NCBI GenBank assembly: GCA_951406725.2
Contig: OX597824.1
Coordinates: 70,122,001 to 70,186,000 of the forward strand
Reading direction: 5' to 3'
Length of the DNA: 64,000 bases
From: Octopus vulgaris
Lineage: Eukaryota
Shown here one piece after another: positions 55,873 to 64,000 of the stretch. Numbering within the stretch: position 1 is the first letter of the stretch; each line of letters begins with the position of its first letter. The notes beneath the pieces were generated by a model. It saw nothing but the letters and a program-made list of their open reading frames with translations, had not been told where the DNA came from and ran no database searches. The position numbers and the translations under genes were made by a program.

Positions 55873-57201
55873 GAACATATTGTGGAAAATTGTCGATCCT
55901 AGAAAAAATGTAATATTATATACACCGATCTTTAATTTTCATTATTTATACCCTGCTACGGAAATGAAATGTAAAGATTTTCTGTTTATATGAAATAGCA
56001 ATTTCTTTGGGGCTGATTTCGTTTTCGCAGTTTTCAGATAACCGCTATCGTAGGAGTGCTTCCTGGTATAAATACCTGGCTTATATTATCCCAACTGAAC
56101 TACTATGTATGTATGTATGTATGTATGTATGTATGTATGTATGTATGTATGTATGTATGTATGTATGTATGTATGTATGTATGTATGTATGTATATGCAT
56201 GCATGTATGTACATATGTATTTATTTGTATACATGTATATGTAAGTGTGTGTGTGTGAGTGTATGTATGTATATATTTATGTATGCATGCATGCATGTTT
56301 ACGTGCATGCACTTATGTAGGCATGTATGTATGTATGCTTGTACGTACGTATTTTATGTCTATGCATGTATATGTACGTGTCTGTATGTGTGTGTATCTA
56401 TATGTCAGTAAGTGGAATAGAAAGAAGAAGGAGGAGGAGGAGGAGGAGGAGGAGGAGGAGAAGAAGAAGAAGAAGAAGAAGAAGAAGAAGAAGAAGAAGA
56501 AGAAGATAACGATGAGGAGATGACGGTGATAATTATGAGGATGGTGATGACGATTACGATGACGATGACAACGACGGCGACGACGAAGACAACGACTAAA
56601 ACGACGATACTAAAGTAACAAGAAAGAAAGGAAGGAAGGACGGGAGAAAGAAGGGAAGAAAAAACAAAGAAAAAAGCAAAAAAGTTAAAGAAATTTCATT
56701 TGCTTTTTATTTTGGAGAAAACTTAAAACGTGAGAATATTCTGGTGAAGAAGAACGAAATACCTCAAAAGGTACCAGGCTGGTAGTACTTCAGTGCCGGT
56801 TAGGGTTGACAAAAGTAACCTTTGACCTTCAGATTTAAGATTCACAACTTAGGCTTCGTCTAGGGAGAGAGAGAGACATGAAGAAGTATCAATTTGAGGA
56901 AAGGTCAATAATTATTAGACAGACATTGTAATTTGGAGAAAGCTGGCTTTCGGTGTTTACCAAGATATAGCAGCATATATTGGCAACAAGGGCTGTTGTC
57001 AACGGTCAAAGTGTCAAGAAATCTGAGATCGTCTTAAAGTTCACATACTTATGCAAACATACAAACAGATACACTGAAGCATGCACGCATTTACACACGC
57101 CTATACACACACATGTTCATGAATAAACATATCTGCGTGCTTGTTTGCGCGTGTGTGCAGAATCAATGTGTGTATATATACATCCGTGTATATATATATA
57201 T

Positions 57202-57405
57202 AAAGTTAATCCAAACAAGAAAACACAAAAAAACACAGCAACGCGAGGACGTGGAACAAATAAAGTATTATTGGACGCTCAGGAAAGAAGGGAAGAAGGA
57301 GGGTTTAACGTTTCGAGCGGAGTTCTTCGTCGGAAACAAAGGAGAAGGAAAGATCCCGAGAAAGGAAGACAGAGGAAAAAAAATTGCTGGCGGTGCTCAC
57401 GAGGT

Positions 57406-57408
<3 letters not shown>
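57202..57408 (-). mobile_element. About 200-bp element with hammerhead-like motif (57303-57337)
   Basis: Minus strand gttt-CCGACGA-a-gaac-tcc-gctc-GAAA-cg-TT-aaac. Confidence 0.7.
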
Positions 57409-57447
<39 letters not shown>

Positions 57448-57658
57448 CTTTTACTTGTTTCAGTCAGTTGACTGCGGCCATGCTGGAGCACCGTCTTTAA
57501 TCGAGCAACTCGACCCCGGGACTTATTCTTTTGTAAGCCCAGTACTTATTCTATCGGTCTCTTTTGCCGAACAGCTAAGTAACGGGGACATAAACACACC
57601 AGCATCGGTTGTCAAGCAATGCTAGGGGGACAAACACAGACACACAGACACACATACG

Positions 57659-57719
<61 letters not shown>

Positions 57720-57889
57720 TACGACGAGCTTCTTTCAGTTTCCGTCAACCAAATCCACTCACAAGGCTTTGGTCGGCCCGAGGCGATAGTAGAAGACACT
57801 TGCCCAACGTGCCACGCAGTGGTGGGACTGAACCCGGAACCATGTGGTTGGTAAACAAGCTACTTACCACACAGCCACTCCTGCGCCTA
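57448..57889 (-). mobile_element. SINE family B full length, internal (TA)n
   Basis: Reverse complement of the consensus. Confidence 0.92.
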
Positions 57890-58223
57890 TACATATATGT
57901 ATATATAAACATATTTTCTTTTCTACTCTAGGCACAAGGCCCGAAATTTGGGGGGAATGGTGCCAGTCGATTAGATCGACCTCAGTATGCAACTGGTACT
58001 TAATTTATCGACCCCGAAAGGATGAAAGGCAAAGCTGTTGAGCATTTCTTTGTTTCGGAAATTGAGGAATTTGGTGCCCAGGATATCAACAGTTTGTCAA
58101 ATAGACAACATTATGTTACCAACAACGAGAGCTAATATTATTTTGATTAAATATATCGATTAAGACTAAAAGAAGCATTTGTTTCTTTACTGTCTTGAAA
58201 TGCAGCAAAACTGTTTTCCAACA

Positions 58224-58607
58224 TGGAAGCACTCCGTCGGTTACGACGACGAGGGTTCCGGTTGATCCGAATCAACGGAACAGCCTGCTCGTGAAATTAA
58301 CGTGTAAGTGACTGAGCACTCCACAGACACGTGTACCCTTAACGTAGTTCTCGGGGATATTCAGTGTGACACAGAGAGTGACAAGGCCGGCCCTTTGAAA
58401 TACAGGTACAACAGAAACAGGAAGTAAGAGTGAGAGAAAGTTGTGGTGAAAGAGTACAGCAGGGACCACCACCATCCCCTGCCGGAGCCTTGTGGAGCTT
58501 TAGGTGTTTTCGCTCAATAAACACTCACAACGCCCGGTCTGGGAATCGAAACCGCGATCCTATGACCGCGAGTCCGCTGCCCTAACCACTGGGCCATTGC
58601 GCCTCCA
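58224..58607 (-). mobile_element. SINE family C with TSD
   Basis: Full copy; tttccaacat on both sides. Confidence 0.92.
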
Positions 58608-58623
58608 CTTTCCAACATAATAT

Positions 58624-58932
58624 ACGATGGGGTACTGAAAAGTTCCTGGCTTTAAGGAGTTCCGAGTTCATTTACAGGACTTAGAATAACTGAAGGACCG
58701 CTGCAATAAATGTGTGAATCTGAGAGGGAAAAAGTGTTGGATAAAATCATAACTGATTCTCCTGTTCTGTTGTGTCTGAGGAGAGTCATTTTCTTTTTGT
58801 GCCTTATGTAACACACTCAGCGGTCAAATTTTCAATCTTTTTCTTATTTTTATCGTCCTAAAATTTTCGTTGCGTCTTGCAACCTTTTCAATAGTTTTAT
58901 CCAAAACTAGGAGCTTTTCAGCAACACCGTGT
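58624..58932. mobile_element. mariner-derived remnant (related end at 48579-48780)
   Basis: ta-cg...ctgaaaagttcctggcttt terminus and mirrored ctaggagcttttcagca. Confidence 0.55.
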
Positions 58933-58937
58933 AAAAA

Positions 58938-59256
58938 GGAGCACTCCGTCGGTTACGACGACGAGAGCCGCAGCTGATACGATCAATGGAACAGCCTGCT
59001 CGTGAAATTAACGTGCAAATGGCTGAGCATTCCACAGACACGTGTACCCTTAACGTAGTTCGCAAGGAGATTCAGCGTGACACGGAGTGTGACAAGGCTG
59101 GCCCTTTTTGAAATACAGGTACAACTCATTTTTTCCCAGCTGAGTGGACTGGAGCAACGTGAAATAAAGTGTCTTGCTCAAGGACACAACGCGTCGCCGG
59201 GAATCGAACTCACAACCTTAAGATCATGAGCCGAATGTCCTAACCACTAAGCCACA
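58938..59256 (-). mobile_element. SINE C-related element: same 3' tail, different head and body
   Basis: Shares agcactccgtcggttacgacgacg...tgaaatacaggtacaac with family C, but the head is gtggcttagtggttagg...gagttcgattcccgg...gtgtccttgagcaagacac. Confidence 0.85.
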
Positions 59257-59278
59257 CCTTGTATAATATATGTATGAA

Positions 59279-59356
<78 letters not shown>

Positions 59357-59432
59357 TTTTGTCACACCCATACGAGTAACCATTACTCAAATGCCACATC
59401 GACCATCAAAGCAAAGGTATATTGTTTTTATG

Positions 59433-59843
59433 TGCGGAGTGGCTGTGTGGTAAGTAGCTTGTTTACCTACCACATGGTTCCGGGTTCAGTCCAACTGAGT
59501 GGCACGTTGGGCAAGTGTCTTCTACTATCGCCTCGGGCCGACCAAAGCCTTGTGAGTGGATTTGGTTGACGGAAACTGAAAGAAGCCCGTCATATATATG
59601 TATATATATATATGCGTGTGTGTGTTTGTGTGTCTGTGTTTGTCCCCCTAGCATTGCTTGACAACCGATGCTGGTGTGTTTATGTCCCCGTTACTTAGCG
59701 GTTCGGCAAAAGAGACCGATAGAATAAGTACTGGGCTTACTAAAGAATAAGTCCCGGGGTCGAGTTGCTCGATTAAAGGCGGTGCTCCAGCATGGCCGCA
59801 GTCAAATGACTGAAACAAGTAAAAGAGTAAAAGAGTAAAAGAG
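59433..59843 (+). mobile_element. SINE family B full length
   Basis: Head to gtaaaaga-repeat tail; inverted relative to the 57448 copy and very similar to it. Confidence 0.92.
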
Positions 59844-61161
59844 TATATTATTCAAGAGTTTATTATGAAAGTATACAATTAATTTCTTAAATTAATAATA
59901 TAGTATTCGATTTCATCTGGACAGCATTATTTGCGAACATTTCTTGTTTACTTTTTCGTTCCAGATTTTAGCGGGAAGATTGGTTATAAGATAGTTTGTA
60001 ATCTTTGGCTTTCCTCTTCTGCGTCCTCGTTTTCGTCTTAAGTGGGAGGTAACTGTATACATAAATGCGTACACATGCACGCAGACACACACACATACAC
60101 ACACACACACACACACACATACATACATACATACATACATACATACACGCATACATACATACATATATACATACATACATATACATACATACATACATAC
60201 ATACACACACAGACGAACACATACATACACACATACATGTACATACATATATCCCATATGTATATACATACATACACATACATACATACATTCACATACA
60301 TATATACATACATACGTATGTACATGCATACATGCACATACATACATACAAACATACATACATATATAAATACATACATTCATACATACATACATAAATA
60401 CATGCATACATACATAAATACATACATACATAAATACACACATACATACAAACATAAATACACACATACATACAAACATACATACATACATACATACATA
60501 CATACATACATACATACATACATACAATGGCCCCCACCACTACAGTTATTATGTCTGGTAATTATTTTATCGATCACTTTTGTCGGATTGCTAAGTTAGG
60601 TAAACAAATCAATACCGGTTATTGTATTGTGGTAGAGAACGGACACAAACACAAAACACACACACACACACACACACGCATGCATGGAAGCACACATACA
60701 CACGCACATACACACTTATGTATGTATTTATGTATGTATGTATGTATGTATGAATGTATATATATATACATATATATATATATACATACATGCATAATTA
60801 GGTGTGTGTGTGTATGTATGTCTCTGCTATTTTTTAATTATTATAAGTCTTCCACTGAGGAGGGAGCCAGTTTCCAACAAAGATACAAGGCTCCATCTTT
60901 CGGATGTAGCTAACACAAACAAATTCACATTTGTAACTTGAGAAAAGTCTTGCATATTTTTACTGTAGCACTCACAGATTGGTCTTGTAATGTATGAATC
61001 AGCTGGTAGATTTCTCTTTCTGAAAATCCCAGATTATCCAGATTCTCCTTTAAGCATTTACTAACAAGCCCTAGTACTCCAATTATTAGTGATACGAATA
61101 TGAATTCATAGTCTGGATAGAGAAGCTAGAGTTTTCCAAACAGTTATACATAGATACAACC

Positions 61162-61289
61162 TCGACGAGGCAACGAGGCAACGAGCGAGGCGACGAGGCG
61201 ACGAGGCGACGAGGCGACGAGGCGACGAGGCAACGAGGCGACGAGGCAACGTGACGACGAGCCAACGAGACGACGAGGCAACGAAGCGA
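61162..61289. repeat. 8-bp minisatellite (cgaggcga/cgaggcaa)n
   Basis: Read directly; CpG-rich patch in AT-rich DNA. Confidence 0.9.
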
Positions 61290-62013
61290 TCTTTTACTGC
61301 TTTATACTAAGTGTTTTTTTACACCCTTCCTCCTTCCCACTTTGGGCCAAAAGTTTTAAAGAATAGCTACTTCCAAAATAGCTCTAATTGGAGTACATAC
61401 TCGTAAAAACTAAATTTAGTGAATATCTTACTTCTTTCTATAATACCCTTCAGATGTACTTGAAACTCCTATGCCACCTGGACATCAGCATTTTATTATT
61501 CCTTGTTATCACAATGATGTTGAGATTACGTAAGTCGTTTCTTGAACTTTATAAACACCCCCAAGAGAAGTAACAAGCTAATTGCTGACATACTCAGCTT
61601 CTTGGTTAAACTTTTAGTATATTTAACGCCTTTTGATGGAAACTGTTATGTAACACTGACATTTTACCCTACAAGCACTTAACATTTCGTACATATTTTC
61701 CGTGATTTTTTAGTGTGTGTATATCATTTTTTTTTATAAGCGTTATGCGTTTGAATTTTAAATGCTAACTTATATTTCATTAGCTTCATTCAATATGGTC
61801 TTAAAGTTGACAATACAAGTGCTAATGATTCAGCAACATTTTTTCAGCTTTTTCTCCTTTATGATGTTTACATGGATATTCAATGTTATTGTTTAATGTT
61901 TCTATGTTATGATAGAATAATATGAGTTCTGAATTAGTTCGTTTATATATTTCGTTTGCAAAATTCTTGATGTGAACTCGTATGTTGTAACAGATTTTTT
62001 TTTTGTTTCTCAG

Positions 62014-62288
62014 GAGGGTCATTACGCCAATAATAAACACACGCACTGGTTCAGTTTCACTTCGTTATTAGTATTCCTCTTTTGATTAACTATTTAACCA
62101 GCTAACTAACTGATTGTTTCACTAGCGGACCTTGAGTAGAGAGGACATGTCATTTGAGGAGAGTTGAATGGCGACGCAAGAACTTACGGAAACACAACTG
62201 ATTAATTAGTTAGTTAAATAGCTAACCAGTTAAATAAAAAAGTGAAACTGAATCAGTGCATGTGTTTATTATTGGCGTAATGACCCTC
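62014..62288. mobile_element. MITE with long TIRs and 3-bp TSD cag (Harbinger-like?)
   Basis: gagggtcattacgccaataataaacac...cactggttcagtttcactt / aagtgaaactgaatcagtg...gtgtttattattggcgtaatgaccctc. Confidence 0.8.
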
Positions 62289-62559
62289 CAGGAATACGAC
62301 AAAACACTAAAAAATCTTCCTTTTAAAGAAATTAAGAAATTACTACAGAGGTGACACACGATGTGGTATGAGCAAACACCCCAGAAGACAACAACAAAAA
62401 CAACAAAAAAATATGATTGACTGTCTGACTGCTTTCTTTTGTATTCACTCAGAAAGGAACAATGTGATTTCTTAAACATTTCAAATTCAAAGAGCAATTT
62501 CCAAGGAAGAACCAAAAGAATATTTTGACGGAATTTGAATTAAGATTAATGTCAAAAAT

Positions 62560-63406
62560 ATTCTTTTCTGCCCTAGGCACAAGGCCTGATATTTTAAGGA
62601 GGGGGCCAGTCGATTAGATCGTCCCCAGCGCGCAACTGGTACTTGATTTATCGACCCCGAAAGGATGAAAGGCAAAGTCGACCTCGGCAGAATTTGAACT
62701 GATTAATGTTAAAATAACTTGCTTTTTTGTCTTTTTGCTTTGTTGTCTTTTTTTTTTGGTGAAAACAAACTTGTACACACATACACACACACACACATAT
62801 GTATGCTTGTATGTATATATGAGGACGCATGGCCTAGTGGTTAGGGTGTTGCACTGACGACCTAGCGATCGTGATTTCAATTCCTAGACCTGGTGTTGCG
62901 TTGTGTTCTTGAGCAAAACGCTTCATCTCTCGTTGCTCTGCGATCACCTCGACACCTGACGCGAGCTATACGACGAGCTTCTTTCAGTTTCGGTCTAACA
63001 AATCCACTCACAAGGTTTTGGTCAGCCCGAGGCTATACTAGAAGACACTTACCCAACGTGCTACGTACGGACTAGACCTGGAACCATGTGGTTGCTAAGC
63101 AAACTACTTACCACACACACACATATATATGTATGCTTGTATGTATATATGAGGACGCATGGCCTAGTGGTTAGAGTGTTGCACTGACGACCTAGCGATC
63201 ATGATTTCAATTCCTAGACCTGGTGTTGCGTTGTGTTCGTTGTGAGTTCAAATTCCGCCGAGGTCGACTTTGCCTTTCATCCTTTCGGGGTCGATTAAAT
63301 AAAGTACCAGTTTCGTCACTGGGGTCGATGTAATCGACTTAATACCTATGTCTGTCCTTGTTTGTCCCCTCTGTGTTTAGCCCCTTGTAGGTAATAAAGA
63401 AATAGG
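62560..63406. mobile_element. Mixed SINE cluster (A-, C-like head, B-, duplicated C-like head, A+)
   Basis: Family motifs read directly. Confidence 0.8.
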
Positions 63407-63741
63407 TATATGTATATGCTTATGCGCGTGTATATGTTTACGTTTGTACGTATATGCGTATATGTGTGCGCGTGTGCGGTTGCGTGTGCGAGTGCGTATG
63501 TGTGTGTACATGTGTCTATATATTGATATGTATATACGACTGTATGCCTGTATGTTTGATGCGAATAATAGCGAAAGAAACACGTAAGCAAACGTCTGCT
63601 TGTTGCTAATTACAGCAAAATAGTTAATAACAATAATAACATCAACAACAACAACAATAATGAAAAATAAAAGCAATAACCACAATAACAACAACAAAAA
63701 AAAAAACAACAACAACAACAACAACAACAATAATAATAATG

Positions 63742-63783
<42 letters not shown>

Positions 63784-64000
63784 CAACAACAACAATAATA
63801 ATAATTAAATAAATAAATGTACAAAACCTATTAGTAAGACATTTTTTAATGATAAGTAAATTACCGCATTTAATGGGCCTAAGTTTCTTGCCTCTAATTT
63901 CCGTGGCAATATTTCTTTCTACACGCCGCTCCACATCAGCCCACCCACCCTCACTCACTCACTCCTACATCACGCCCACTTCTGTTCACGCCACCAACTC

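Overview
Eukaryotic, AT-rich DNA saturated with microsatellites. The SINE families and repeat style suggest a coleoid cephalopod, probably Octopus; this is recognition, not a search result. Almost every ORF in the track is a translation artefact of (TA)n/(CA)n/(TACA)n/(GATA)n or trinucleotide repeats, and I see no intact, recognisable protein-coding gene. The window is a mosaic of three tRNA-derived SINE families, decayed LINEs (RTE, CR1-like, a possible L1/Tx1 3' end), a decayed Penelope-like element (RT C-terminus plus GIY-YIG), Tc1/mariner remnants, several MITEs with readable TIRs/TSDs, a non-autonomous Helitron, and an (AAT)n-associated retroposon family. The most notable hidden layer is about eleven minimal type I hammerhead-ribozyme motifs of varying integrity. 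One lies just 3' of the Penelope ORF. The others sit in short non-coding elements embedded in microsatellites, two pairs of them in inverted-repeat arms. Also seen: a phase-consistent three-exon candidate gene on the minus strand, a perfect 152-bp palindrome, a minisatellite born inside a LINE, and an inverted duplication spanning about 34 kb.
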